A DNA stretch of 64,000 bases from Paludibacteraceae bacterium (GCA_029974315.1 JARKSE010000128.1:85-64084); one strand, 5' to 3'; counted from the stretch's first letter, positions 49,678-59,946 are shown. Notes: generated by a model not told the origin, from the letters alone. Made by a program: numbers and translations.

Positions 49678-49762
49678 TTATTCCTTCCTGTTTGGTTGTT
49701 TCATTTACATTTTGTTACTTTGCATAGTGCAATAAACTTACGAACAAAAGTAATCTAAAAAA

Positions 49763-50632
49763 ATGAGAATTGCTATATTTAGTACCATTTATAAAGAAGA
49801 AATTGAAGTACCCCTGTGCCAAACTGTCAATTTCTTACTTAAACACGGTGTTGAAGTCTTAATAGAACGTGATTTTTATACGCAAATTGCGAATAAACTA
49901 AAAGATTTTCCAGCATGTAAAACTATAAACACAAATGAGCTAAACACAGATTTAGTCATTAGTATTGGTGGTGATGGTACGTTTTTAACAACAGCTGCCT
50001 GCATTGGCGATAAAAACATTCCAATCCTTGGCATTAACACTGGTCGTTTAGGTTTTTTAGCTGACGTAGCACATGAGGAAATTGAAACTATTTTACAAGA
50101 ATTGATCGATGGAGATTATCATGTTGAAGAACGAACAGTTTTAGAACTGTCAACTTCTGATAAGTCTGAAAAAATTTATCCTTTCGCCCTCAACGAAGTA
50201 GCTATTTTAAAACAAGATTTATCGTCGATGATTAGCATTCACGCTTCTGTAAATAACGAATTTTTGAATACTTATCAAGCCGACGGCTTAATTGTTGCTA
50301 CACCAACAGGTTCTACAGCGTACTCAATGAGTGTTGGAGGACCTATATTAGTACCTCAAGCTCAAGATTTAATTATAGCACCAGTGGCTTCGCATAGTCT
50401 CAACGTACGCCCACTCATTATTCCCGACTCTTGGCATATTGATTTGGAAATCGATAGTCGTTCAAAAAGTTTTCTCGTTTCTATGGATGGGCGTTCACAA
50501 GTAATGCACCAAACTACAAAACTACACATTGCTAAAGCAAATTATACAATAAAAGTGGTGAAACCATTAGAGCATAGTTTTTTTAAAACGCTGAAAAACA
50601 AGCTTATGTGGGGCGCTGACAAACGGAATTAA
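49763..50632 (+). CDS. nadK: NAD(+) kinase
   Basis: 289-aa ORF with the GGDGT motif (SIGGDGTFL) and TPTGSTAYS. Confidence 0.93.
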   Translation: MRIAIFSTIYKEEIEVPLCQTVNFLLKHGVEVLIERDFYTQIANKLKDFPACKTINTNELNTDLVISIGGDGTFLTTAACIGDKNIPILGINTGRLGFLADVAHEEIETILQELIDGDYHVEERTVLELSTSDKSEKIYPFALNEVAILKQDLSSMISIHASVNNEFLNTYQADGLIVATPTGSTAYSMSVGGPILVPQAQDLIIAPVASHSLNVRPLIIPDSWHIDLEIDSRSKSFLVSMDGRSQVMHQTTKLHIAKANYTIKVVKPLEHSFFKTLKNKLMWGADKRN

Positions 50633-50638
50633 ACATCA

Positions 50639-51598
50639 ATGACAAAAGACAAATTACGTATTGTATATATGGGGACACCTGAATTTGCAGTTGCAAGTTT
50701 AGATGCACTCGTATCAGGAGGTTATAATGTGGTTGGCGTAGTTACTATGCCTGATAAACCAGCAGGACGCGGTTATAAAATTCAATTTTCAGCGGTTAAG
50801 GAATATGCATTAGCACATAATCTACCTTTATTACAGCCTGAAAAGCTAAAAGACGAGTTGTTTTTAGCAGAATTAAAAGCGTTAAAAGCGGATTTACAAA
50901 TTGTTGTTGCTTTCAGAATGTTGCCGGAAGTTGTATGGAATATGGCACCTATGGGCACCTTTAATTTACACGGTTCTTTACTCCCACAATATCGCGGTGC
51001 AGCACCTATCAACTGGGCAATAATCAATGGTGAAACAGAAACCGGAGTTACTACTTTTTTCCTCCAACATGAAATTGACACAGGCGATTTAATTCTACAG
51101 AAAAAAATAGCCATTCATCGTACCGATAATGCAGAAACTATACATGATAAGCTTATGGTTTTAGGTGCTCAAACGGTGGTTGAAACTGTAGATCGTATTT
51201 TAGATGGAACAGCACCCAAAACACCACAACCCCAAATAGAAATATTAAAAACGGCACCTAAAATTTTCAAAGAAACCTGCAAAATCAATTGGAGTAATTC
51301 CTGTGAATCTATTTACAATTTCGTCAGAGGATTATCACCCTATCCTACAGCATGGAGTGAACTTATCAACAAAAACACTCCACCAACTCTCATAAAAATT
51401 TACGAAGTAACAGATGAACAAATAGAACATTCACTTCCTCACGGGACGATAATTATAAAGAACAACACAGAGTTTAAAGTAGCTTGCAAAGACGGTTTTA
51501 TCAACATCTTATCACTTCAATTAGCAGGCAAAAAGCGAATGAATAGTGAAGATTTTTTACGAGGTTATAAAACTGAATTACTGAAACAATTAGCATAA
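50639..51598 (+). CDS. fmt: methionyl-tRNA formyltransferase
   Basis: 319-aa ORF with IVYMGTPEFAV and the HGSLLPQYRGAAPINWAI motif. Confidence 0.95.
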   Translation: MTKDKLRIVYMGTPEFAVASLDALVSGGYNVVGVVTMPDKPAGRGYKIQFSAVKEYALAHNLPLLQPEKLKDELFLAELKALKADLQIVVAFRMLPEVVWNMAPMGTFNLHGSLLPQYRGAAPINWAIINGETETGVTTFFLQHEIDTGDLILQKKIAIHRTDNAETIHDKLMVLGAQTVVETVDRILDGTAPKTPQPQIEILKTAPKIFKETCKINWSNSCESIYNFVRGLSPYPTAWSELINKNTPPTLIKIYEVTDEQIEHSLPHGTIIIKNNTEFKVACKDGFINILSLQLAGKKRMNSEDFLRGYKTELLKQLA

Positions 51599-51630
51599 AA
51601 AAAGCTGCTTTTAATGAGCAGCTTTTTTTT
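51597..51630. terminator. bidirectional intrinsic terminator (fmt + / 83-aa gene -)
   Basis: Stem agctgct / agcagct extended by A/T pairs, with a 7-nt loop and flanking A7 and T8 runs. Confidence 0.8.
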
Positions 51631-51880
51631 ATTTATTTTCATCGAGCATACGACAAGCAACGTCTAAAATAGTTGTGTCATAAAGTTTTACAAGACCGCC
51701 ATCGGGACCTGGTTCGATATGCGCACCACAACTTTGACCTTCTTTATAATTTTGGCCTCCAAAATAATTTCGAACAGTTTCTACTTCAAGATGAAGTTCA
51801 TCGGCAATGCGTTGCATACTACCCGATGGTAAACTGTCTTTGATTTTACGCAATTCGTTAAATGTTATTGTCTTTGTCAT
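51629..51880 (-). CDS. small hypothetical protein with HTH-like N-terminal segment
   Basis: 83-aa ORF. SGSMQRIADELHLEVETVRNYF looks like a helix-turn-helix. I do not recognise the rest. Confidence 0.55.
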   Translation of the reverse strand: MTKTITFNELRKIKDSLPSGSMQRIADELHLEVETVRNYFGGQNYKEGQSCGAHIEPGPDGGLVKLYDTTILDVACRMLDENK

Positions 51881-52032
51881 GGCTATAAATTTTATGAGAT
51901 GAATAATTAAGGTTATAATTTCACATGTAAGAATACTTTACTCAATAGTTATCCAGAAGTTTGTTATTTTACTCTGCTAATTTATACGTTTAATTTCAAT
52001 CTTACAAATTTTTTAGGGATAAAATTTTAAAT

Positions 52033-52710
52033 TTATGCTAAAAAGAGTAAAAACTTATTGCCAACAGCTATAAGTAGCACAGAAATGAATAATACAGAAA
52101 TAATTAGATAAATATGTTTGTCGAGCTGTTCGGTACTTCTTGATTGTCGACATTCGGGTTTTAGACGTTGCATTAGATAAAAACTCAGCCAACCACAAGC
52201 CAATCCAAGCAAAATACCTCCTAAAATATCCAACGGATAGTGTACGCCCAGATAAATCCGCGTATAAACGTTCGCTGTAGCCCAAAGAAAAATAGTCCAC
52301 GTATATAACTTACGACGAAACAACAACGAAGTGAACAACGCAAGAGCAAAACTGTTAGCAGCATGCGACGAAACAAAACCATAACACCCACCAGTGTACC
52401 CATGTACCAACTGAACCATGCCCTGTAAAGTAGGTTCGTGAGTTGGTCGCCAACGTGCAACCAGTGGTTTTATAATTCCAGACGAAATTTGATCTGATAA
52501 TACAACGGTAATAATTAAAAACAGTAAAACCCACCACGAATTGCGTTTTTCGGTACGGACAATAACATACAATAACATTAATGCCGTAGGAATCCAAATC
52601 AACTTTCCACTAAAAATATAAATAAAATTGTCCCAAAATGGCGAATGAAAACTATTGCCCCAGAGCAACAATTGTTTATCCAGTTCTATTAGTGATTCGA
52701 ACCAAGTCAT
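52033..52710 (-). CDS. PAP2 superfamily lipid phosphatase
   Basis: 225-aa polytopic ORF carrying all three PAP2 motifs: KPLVARWRP, SSH, and RIYLGVHYPLD. Its start overlaps the batE stop (ATGA at 52707-52710). Confidence 0.9.
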   Translation of the reverse strand: MTWFESLIELDKQLLLWGNSFHSPFWDNFIYIFSGKLIWIPTALMLLYVIVRTEKRNSWWVLLFLIITVVLSDQISSGIIKPLVARWRPTHEPTLQGMVQLVHGYTGGCYGFVSSHAANSFALALFTSLLFRRKLYTWTIFLWATANVYTRIYLGVHYPLDILGGILLGLACGWLSFYLMQRLKPECRQSRSTEQLDKHIYLIISVLFISVLLIAVGNKFLLFLA

Positions 52711-53459
52711 ATACGTTCTATTTGCGAGGTTTTAACCCAACCCACATGTCCATCAGCAATACGAATTTCAAGCCAATCACTTAAAGAACTTTTTATGACA
52801 ACTTTAGTTCCTTCGTGCAATACAAAAAGCTCTGTCCCACTATCATCAGGTGCACTCTTAACAGACATTGAGCCAACCATCACAATAGCTTCGGCGCGTT
52901 CTTCGGATTTGCGCTGCTGCGAAAAACTATAACTCAACGCCACAAAGGAAATTACCAAAAAAACAAGTCCACTAAAAAAACCTACTTTACGCCACGAGCG
53001 ATGTGATGCAAAAACGTATAGTAAAGCTAACATCAATGCAACTACAAAACTGATAACGCTTATAACGCCCCATTGATTAGCTGTGTACAACTTACCTAAA
53101 CTTTGAAACCATTGTGTCAAGAAAAACGTGTCAATTAGCTCTATTTTATCTACGATTTGTGTATTTACAAAAGCTAAATTAAATTTAGCATCTTCGTAGT
53201 TGGGACGTAACGCCAAAGCCCGCTCATAGTTCAAAACGGCTTTACCTAATTGTCCTGATTTATAACATGCATTAGCATAATTATAGTATAGTTCAGGAGA
53301 TATTTTATTGGTTTCTAAAATGTGAGCATAAACTTCGGCAGCCTCCTCGTACAATTGAGCTGCATATAAATCAGCCGCTTTTTGGAGTTGATTATCCGCT
53401 TTTGTAGAACCTACAACAGTTAACAGTATAACTACCACAAGTTTTATAATTCTTTTCAT
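52707..53459 (-). CDS. batE: BatE-like protein (TPR + TM + SH3-like C-terminus)
   Basis: 250-aa ORF with a signal peptide, TPR repeats, two TM helices and a C-terminal SH3b-like segment (DWLEIRIADGHVGWV). It is the last gene of the Bat operon. Confidence 0.8.
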   Translation of the reverse strand: MKRIIKLVVVILLTVVGSTKADNQLQKAADLYAAQLYEEAAEVYAHILETNKISPELYYNYANACYKSGQLGKAVLNYERALALRPNYEDAKFNLAFVNTQIVDKIELIDTFFLTQWFQSLGKLYTANQWGVISVISFVVALMLALLYVFASHRSWRKVGFFSGLVFLVISFVALSYSFSQQRKSEERAEAIVMVGSMSVKSAPDDSGTELFVLHEGTKVVIKSSLSDWLEIRIADGHVGWVKTSQIERI

Positions 53460-53464
53460 AACTA

Positions 53465-55288
53465 TTAGCGTTTAATTGTTTCCTCTAACTTAGCAATCAT
53501 GTCGAGGGTTTGTTTAAATATATGATCCATCGTGGCACGATCGTCATTCGATGGCGCATAACGTACAAATTCACAATCGTCGAGCAAACGAATAAACTTC
53601 TCTATATCAGTCAGGTCAACGCCACAAGCAGCTAACTGAGTTGCAACATTTTCTTTGGTTAACTCAGCTAAAGGCAACCCTAATTTATCACACAAATAAC
53701 CCCATAAAGCCTTTAACAGCTCATCATAAAACTCTTTTTTCGCATCTGCCTTTAGATGTTTTTCAGCTACTTTTAAGCGCTTACGAGCTACCGAACTGGC
53801 TTTTTTGTTACGCATTAAAGCTAAATCTGCATTTTCACGAGCCTGTTTTCGGAAAAATAACAACGCCAGTAGAGCAATAAAAAACGGTACTAAATAAGCC
53901 AACCAAAATTTCCAAGTACCAATCCACGACTCTTCTAGTTCAGCAAGTTCAAAATCGCTAATATCAATATAACGAATATCAGAGGCGAGCATACGAACTT
54001 GTTCTTGATTAGTAAAATTACTTACAGCAGCGCCTTGATTTTCTGAGCCTTTACCAACTTTTATATGATAAGCAGGGAGAATAATGGTTTTGTAACTTTG
54101 TGAAGATACATCAAAGTACGAAAACTCTGTTTCTGGAATTTCATAGTCGCCAGCATGACGTGGAATTGCCAGATATTCAATCGTTTTTGTTCCTGAAACA
54201 CCAGATGTCGTATTAGTAAATGAATTGGTTACTTTCGGTTCATATGTTTCAAAATCGGTTGGGAATTTGATTTCTGGATTTTGCACCATTTTCATATTTC
54301 CATTACCTGAAATTGTAACCGTAATTGTAACAGCCTCATTAGCTTTTAATTCTGAAGCATTAACTTTTGATTTCACCGCAAAAGAACCCACACCACCCGA
54401 AAAACTGGCAGGTTTAGGCATTGGCAAAGCCGAAACCGAGACTTTCACTGCTGGAGTAGAGAGCGATTTTTTTACCTCTTGATAGGTATCAAAAAAATCA
54501 TCAAAAATACTGCGTACTTGCGCCTGATTTCTCACACGAACAACTGCATTACAAGTCAATTTCTCAACTTCTAAAGTTCCTGGACGTTGGGGATATAGCA
54601 AGTATTGACGCAACACAATAGTATTGTAGTTTTTTCCTTCATAATTTTCTAAGGCATATTGTTTATTTTGTGGAAGATCTACTTCTTGAACAAAAAAACC
54701 TTTAAGATCAGGAAATTTAACTTGCTGAATATCAATCAAATCAACTCGAGAGTAAATTTTATACGTTAACACAATATGCTCTTGCTCTCGAACCTTGGTA
54801 CGAGATATTATAGGACGGATAAATAAATTATCATCGGTAATCTGCTGAGATATAGAAACTTTTCCCCTCTGTTCTTGACTCGTATTAGATGATGAATCAG
54901 CAGCTTTGTCGGCAGGCAAAACTTTAATAGTCAACGAGTTGGATTGATAGCGCTCTTTATCGACCACAATAGATGCACTCGGTATATTAAAGGAACCTTC
55001 TTTGGTAGGCAATAGTGTGTATGTATAGCGAATTGTAGTTTCAGATAAAGATTTGCCATTAACAAATTGCACACTGTGACTTTGTGATGTAAATGGACCT
55101 GCAATAACCTCAAAAGGATTAAATGCTGGTACGCGTAAATCCTTTGCAGACGCATTTACCGTATAAACTAATTGAAATGATTGCCCATTAGCCACAGCTG
55201 TTGGCGCACTAGCTGTAAAACTTACATTGTCAGCAAAAGCCAATAGCGCCATCAATGTAGCAATCATTATTAATCCTATTCGTTTCAT
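53465..55288 (-). CDS. batD: BatD-like oxygen-tolerance protein
   Basis: About 608 aa counted from MKRIGLIMIATLMALLAFA (the track ORF trimmed by 11 codons). It has a large extracytoplasmic beta-rich region, one TM segment and a C-terminal helical domain, in the Bat operon position. Confidence 0.8.
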   Translation of the reverse strand: MKRIGLIMIATLMALLAFADNVSFTASAPTAVANGQSFQLVYTVNASAKDLRVPAFNPFEVIAGPFTSQSHSVQFVNGKSLSETTIRYTYTLLPTKEGSFNIPSASIVVDKERYQSNSLTIKVLPADKAADSSSNTSQEQRGKVSISQQITDDNLFIRPIISRTKVREQEHIVLTYKIYSRVDLIDIQQVKFPDLKGFFVQEVDLPQNKQYALENYEGKNYNTIVLRQYLLYPQRPGTLEVEKLTCNAVVRVRNQAQVRSIFDDFFDTYQEVKKSLSTPAVKVSVSALPMPKPASFSGGVGSFAVKSKVNASELKANEAVTITVTISGNGNMKMVQNPEIKFPTDFETYEPKVTNSFTNTTSGVSGTKTIEYLAIPRHAGDYEIPETEFSYFDVSSQSYKTIILPAYHIKVGKGSENQGAAVSNFTNQEQVRMLASDIRYIDISDFELAELEESWIGTWKFWLAYLVPFFIALLALLFFRKQARENADLALMRNKKASSVARKRLKVAEKHLKADAKKEFYDELLKALWGYLCDKLGLPLAELTKENVATQLAACGVDLTDIEKFIRLLDDCEFVRYAPSNDDRATMDHIFKQTLDMIAKLEETIKR

Positions 55289-55314
55289 CTTCACTTCGTA
55301 ATTAACATTTCTTT

Positions 55315-55992
55315 TTACCAATCTTTATCAACACGATGACGTTTTGCTTGTTGTGCCTGAGCCTCTTTTACCTTTTTTTGCGTTTCACGCTCATCTTGTT
55401 CCAACGCTTTGAGAATCTCTTCTGCGCGTTCTTTTGACATGGTAGATTGCTGCTCTTGCTTTTGCTGTTGTTGTTCTTCCTGCTTTTCTTGGTTGTTTTT
55501 ATCTTGTTGTTCTTGTTGCTGCTGTTGCTGTTCTTGTTGTTGATTTTGATTTTGATTTTGTTGCTCTTTCAACATATGTTGCGCATACACCAAATTGTAA
55601 CGCGTATCATTATCTTTAGGGTTGTTACGCAAAGCCTGTTTATACGCCTCAATACTTTTAGCAAAATCACCTGTTTGTAAAAGCGAATTCCCCATATTAT
55701 GATACGCCTCAGCTATACGCGCTTTGTCTGTTCCTGCTAATGATACAGCAATTTGGAACTGCTCAGCTGCTTCAGTATATTTTTCTTGGCGATACAATGC
55801 ATTACCCAAATTGAAACTACCAGAAAATGATTTAGAGTTTTTTTCTAAACCTTTACGATAATCCACTTCGGCATCGACATATTTTTCTTTATTGTAAGCA
55901 GAATTTCCACGACGCACGTCACCACTCTCTTTTTGAGCAAAAAGAAGAGGCGTTATAGCAAACAGAAGAATAAGAATAGAGAAACGTTTCAT
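55315..55992 (-). CDS. batC: BatC-like TPR protein with Gln/Glu-rich tail
   Basis: Starts MKRFSILILLFAITPLLFAQ (the track ORF trimmed by 5 codons). It has TPR repeats, then QNQNQNQQQEQQQQQQEQQDKNNQEKQEEQQQQKQEQQ. Confidence 0.8.
   Translation of the reverse strand: MKRFSILILLFAITPLLFAQKESGDVRRGNSAYNKEKYVDAEVDYRKGLEKNSKSFSGSFNLGNALYRQEKYTEAAEQFQIAVSLAGTDKARIAEAYHNMGNSLLQTGDFAKSIEAYKQALRNNPKDNDTRYNLVYAQHMLKEQQNQNQNQQQEQQQQQQEQQDKNNQEKQEEQQQQKQEQQSTMSKERAEEILKALEQDERETQKKVKEAQAQQAKRHRVDKDW
55450..55565. repeat. low-complexity CAA/CAG/GAA coding repeat inside batC, including (gatttt)x3 at 55542-55559
   Basis: Read directly. It encodes the poly-Q/E tract, with three perfect hexamer units. Confidence 0.85.
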
Positions 55993-55994
55993 AA

Positions 55995-57017
55995 TCAATC
56001 GAACCATTTAATTTTATTCAACGCTTTATTCTGACGATTAAAGAGATAAAATTCGACAATCAGCAAAAAGAATGCTATCCAGACAAAAATAAAAAACTTC
56101 TCGTCATATTCTGCATACGATTTAGTTTCCAGATTCCCTTTTTGCATATCATTAATTTGTCCTGATATAGCTTTTAAAGCCGTATTTGTATTGTCTGCAC
56201 GTACATAAATACCCGAACCAGCTTCCGCTATTTGTTGGCACATCACTTCGTTTAATTTAGTAATTACCACATTGCCATCTTTATCTTTGCGAAAACTCAT
56301 AGTTCCCGCTACAGGAATCGGAGTCCCTTCAGGCGTACCCATACCAATCACATGTACAGTAATGCCTTTTTCACGAGCCAATTTTGCGGCACCAATAGCG
56401 TCATCTTCGTGATTTTCACCATCGGTTATAACGATAATAGTACGTCCCGCTTCCGACTCATTTGGTCCAAATGAGCGAATTGCTAAATCGATAGCAGTCC
56501 CAATTGCCGTTCCTTGTCGGGGTACCAAATTAGGATTAATCGATGATAAAAACATCTTGGCAGATACATTGTCGCTGGTTATTGGTAATTGAACAAAAGC
56601 ATCGCCTGCAAACACAATCAAACCAACTTTATCATCTACCATGTCGTCAATCAATTTAGACATAATCAATTTAGAGCGTTCTAAACGATTAGGTTGTACA
56701 TCTTGCGCCATCATCGAGTTGGAAACATCCAACACAATCACCGCCTCTACGCCCTGTTTTTTTATCGTTTGAAGCTTTGAGCCAAATTGAGGTCGAGCCA
56801 ACGCCACAATCATCAATACCAAAACCACCATAAGCATGTAAAATTTCAATTGAGGACGTATCGTAGAAACATTGGGTATCAAGCGTCTTAATAAATCAGG
56901 ATTCCCAAATTCGCTCAAACGTTTTTTTTGCTGATAGGTAACATACACAAACATCGCTACCAGTAACGGAACGACTATGAGTAAATAGAGAAAATTAGGA
57001 TTAGCAAAACGAAACAT
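55995..57017 (-). CDS. batB: BatB-like VWA domain membrane protein
   Basis: 340-aa ORF with N-terminal TM segments, a VWA domain with the MIDAS motif (LDVSNSM) and a C-terminal TM segment. Confidence 0.85.
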   Translation of the reverse strand: MFRFANPNFLYLLIVVPLLVAMFVYVTYQQKKRLSEFGNPDLLRRLIPNVSTIRPQLKFYMLMVVLVLMIVALARPQFGSKLQTIKKQGVEAVIVLDVSNSMMAQDVQPNRLERSKLIMSKLIDDMVDDKVGLIVFAGDAFVQLPITSDNVSAKMFLSSINPNLVPRQGTAIGTAIDLAIRSFGPNESEAGRTIIVITDGENHEDDAIGAAKLAREKGITVHVIGMGTPEGTPIPVAGTMSFRKDKDGNVVITKLNEVMCQQIAEAGSGIYVRADNTNTALKAISGQINDMQKGNLETKSYAEYDEKFFIFVWIAFFLLIVEFYLFNRQNKALNKIKWFD

Positions 57018-57050
57018 ATATTTTTAGATATAAATCAACAGGATAAATTC

Positions 57051-58034
57051 TTATGGTAATCGACGTAAAACGGTATGACGCAAAACAATTTCGGTAATTA
57101 ACAATAACAGTGCAACAAGCAAAAATGGCGTATATTCCTCATTCTTTTTACTGTATTGATGTACACGTAATTTTGTTTTTTCGAGTTGGTCTATTTCTTG
57201 ATAAATAAATTTTAATTTCGTATTATCTGTTGCTCGAAAATAGGTTCCACCCGTTAGACCAGCTACTTTACGCAACATATCTTCATCAATGTCAACTGGC
57301 AAATTTTGATAACGAATACCATACGGCGTTTGTACCGGGTATGGCGCCATTCCACGTGTGCCTACCCCAACAGTATAAACCCGAATACCAAACGACTGCG
57401 CTATTTCAGCTGCTGTAAGCGGTGCCACATCGCCAGCATTATTCGAACCGTCTGTTAATAAAATAATGACTTTTGATTTAGCCTCACTATCTTTAATGCG
57501 GCTCACAGCATTAGCCAAACCTAAACCAATAGCCGTGCCGTCTTCAATCATTCCGTATTGTACACCTTGAAATAAATTGACCAAAACAGCGTGATCATTG
57601 GTTAGCGGACACTGTGTAAAACTTTCACCTGCAAAAACAACTAAACCTATATTGTCATTAGGACGTCCAGAAACAAATTCTGTTGCTACTTTTTTAGCTG
57701 CTTCTAAACGATTGGGTCGTAAATCTTCCGCCAACATAGTTCCCGAAATATCCAAAGCCAGCACAATATCAATACCTTCAGTCGTTTCTGTTTGAAAACT
57801 ATTACTTAATTGAGGACGCGCTAAAACTATAATCAACAAAGTAATAACCCAAACGCGCAAAACGAATAAAAGATAAAAAAAGTAATGTTTGCGACTTCTG
57901 GGCATTTTTAAAAACGGCTCAGTTGTCGAAATCTGCAGGCTTGCATCCGATTGAAATTGCTTGAAAACATACCACAAAATAATTGGTATTAAAATCAGAA
58001 GCAACCATAAATATTCTGGATTATTAAATTTCAT
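57051..58034 (-). CDS. batA: BatA-like VWA domain membrane protein
   Basis: 327-aa ORF with N-terminal TM segments, a VWA domain with the MIDAS motif (LDISGTM) and a C-terminal TM segment. Confidence 0.85.
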   Translation of the reverse strand: MKFNNPEYLWLLLILIPIILWYVFKQFQSDASLQISTTEPFLKMPRSRKHYFFYLLFVLRVWVITLLIIVLARPQLSNSFQTETTEGIDIVLALDISGTMLAEDLRPNRLEAAKKVATEFVSGRPNDNIGLVVFAGESFTQCPLTNDHAVLVNLFQGVQYGMIEDGTAIGLGLANAVSRIKDSEAKSKVIILLTDGSNNAGDVAPLTAAEIAQSFGIRVYTVGVGTRGMAPYPVQTPYGIRYQNLPVDIDEDMLRKVAGLTGGTYFRATDNTKLKFIYQEIDQLEKTKLRVHQYSKKNEEYTPFLLVALLLLITEIVLRHTVLRRLP

Positions 58035-58047
58035 ATACCGACTCTTG

Positions 58048-59004
58048 CTATTTTATTTCACTGTCACTTTCTTCCGCTTCCTCAGCAACCTGTTTTGTTT
58101 CCTCTACAAATTTATAAGCCTGCGAAAGGCTTTTTTCATCTTCTTCTATCAATGGATGATATTTAGCAAACTTGACTAAATCAGCTAGTTGTAAAATATG
58201 TTGTAATATCGCAAACAATTCTTTCTGTTCCTTCAATTGAGGTTGAATAGCACGTAAAACTTCTGCTGAAGTTTGCTCCAAAGCGCTAATACCATAGCGA
58301 CGATGTATGTATTCACGTAACACATCAGTCAATTGTGTATGATAATCCTTAGGACGACCTTTTTGCCACAATTTTTCCTGACGAATTTCATTTAAACGCT
58401 CTAATGCTATTTCATAAGCTGAACGCATATCTTGTATTTCCAGTACGTTATCATGTTCTACATGTTGTTTTTTATAACGAAGATACAACCACACTCCCAA
58501 AATAATTAAAGCAACAACGCACAGTAAAATCCCTATAACTTGCCAAAATAAAGGCCAATTAAAAGGTGGTGCATATACTGGTTTTATATCGGCTATAGCC
58601 TTTTGAGTTGTATCTACTGGAATTGTAAGCACTTTTAACGATAGTGGATTACAATACTGCGTGTCATTCCCCAAAATAAACGGTTGTGATGGAATAAAAA
58701 ACAAAGCCGAGTCAAAACTGGTAACCAAATAGTGTTGCTTAATCACCAAACTATTTTGTTCATTCAAGAAAGTATCAATCGGTAAACGTTCTACTAGTTC
58801 GAGACCTGAAACAATGGTATCTGAAAAGAGAGGAAACTGAACTTTAGCATCTTTTGGTTGCGTCCACTCAAATGTAAGTTTAGCCTGTTCGCCGACATAT
58901 AAAACCGTTGAATCAATAGCTGCTGACACAGAAAAAGCTTGTGCAAGCACAGGAAATGCCAACACTACAAACAACCACACTGTAATAAGTTTTTTGATGT
59001 TCAT
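58048..59004 (-). CDS. hypothetical Bat-operon membrane protein (signal peptide, central TM; DUF4381-like position)
   Basis: 318-aa ORF with the signal peptide MNIKKLITVWLFVVLAFPVLAQA, a central TM segment LFWQVIGILLCVVALIILGVWLYL and a helical acidic C-terminus. It sits between the DUF58 gene and batA. Confidence 0.65.
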   Translation of the reverse strand: MNIKKLITVWLFVVLAFPVLAQAFSVSAAIDSTVLYVGEQAKLTFEWTQPKDAKVQFPLFSDTIVSGLELVERLPIDTFLNEQNSLVIKQHYLVTSFDSALFFIPSQPFILGNDTQYCNPLSLKVLTIPVDTTQKAIADIKPVYAPPFNWPLFWQVIGILLCVVALIILGVWLYLRYKKQHVEHDNVLEIQDMRSAYEIALERLNEIRQEKLWQKGRPKDYHTQLTDVLREYIHRRYGISALEQTSAEVLRAIQPQLKEQKELFAILQHILQLADLVKFAKYHPLIEEDEKSLSQAYKFVEETKQVAEEAEESDSEIK

Positions 59005-59005
59005 A

Positions 59006-59884
59006 TTACGATTTTCCTCTTTGTTTAAACAGTCCTATCAACGCTTTAACGTAATCATCTTCGCTCACATTGATCGAAATTGAATCCACACCTGCCTTCA
59101 TGAATACGTGTTGTAACTTTAAGCGGCTTTCGTCCCATAAGTTTTTATACAACATACGCCAACGACGATCATCAGTATCAATCCACAAGCGTTCACCGGT
59201 TTCAGCATCTTTCACTTTCATCAAACCTACGGCTGGTAGTTCTGTTTCACGTTGATCGTACACACGTAATGCAATAACATCGTGTTTACGATTAGCTATA
59301 ACTAACTCTTCTTCAAATGATTTTGAATCCAATAAGTCAGAAATTAAAAACGCCGTACAGCGCTTTTTTATGATATTTGTAAAATACTTTAAAGCTTGTG
59401 CTATATCCGTCCTACTACTTTCGGGTTGAAAATCAATCAACTCCCGAATGATATACAAAATATGCTTACGCCCCTTTTGAGGAGGAATAAATTTTTCAAT
59501 TTTATCGGAGAAGAAAATAACACCAATCTTATCGTTATTATGAATAGCCGAAAAAGCCAAAGTTGCAGCTATTTCAGTCATAACATCACGCTTGTACTGT
59601 TTGCCAGAACCAAAATCATGACTCGCTGAAACGTCAACTAATAACATAACAGTCATTTCGCGCTCTTCTTCAAACACTTTGACATACGGATGTTGAAAAC
59701 GAGCAGTCACATTCCAATCAATACTACGCACATCGTCGCCATATTGATATTCGCGAACTTCAGCAAAAGTCATACCGCGCCCCTTAAACGCCGAATGGTA
59801 TTCACCCGCAAAAATATTGCGGGACAAACCACGGGTTTTTATCTCGATACGACGGACTTTTTGTAATAATTGGCTAGTTTCCAA
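59006..59884 (-). CDS. DUF58 domain protein (MoxR-associated, VWA-like)
   Basis: 292-aa ORF. REYQYGDDVRSIDWNVTAR is the DUF58 hallmark. It lies directly downstream of moxR. Confidence 0.88.
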   Translation of the reverse strand: METSQLLQKVRRIEIKTRGLSRNIFAGEYHSAFKGRGMTFAEVREYQYGDDVRSIDWNVTARFQHPYVKVFEEEREMTVMLLVDVSASHDFGSGKQYKRDVMTEIAATLAFSAIHNNDKIGVIFFSDKIEKFIPPQKGRKHILYIIRELIDFQPESSRTDIAQALKYFTNIIKKRCTAFLISDLLDSKSFEEELVIANRKHDVIALRVYDQRETELPAVGLMKVKDAETGERLWIDTDDRRWRMLYKNLWDESRLKLQHVFMKAGVDSISINVSEDDYVKALIGLFKQRGKS

Positions 59885-59946
59885 AACGGTTATCTATTAA
59901 TAATACACTTAATATTATACCTATTCTCTTTTCCTAAAACACTATT

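Noticed and set aside
52055-52597. Three additional same-strand ORFs (about 80 aa each) in the two alternative frames of the PAP2 gene
   Set aside because: It is unusual for all three sense frames to be open. However, only the 225-aa frame carries the three PAP2 motifs and a coherent six-TM hydropathy pattern. The alternative products are Cys/Trp/Arg-rich with no features, which fits the biased codon composition of a membrane-protein gene.
55447-55680. 77-aa poly-Leu/Phe ORF on the plus strand
   Set aside because: It is simply the reverse complement of the CAA/CAG/GAA repeat that encodes the BatC poly-Q/E tract.
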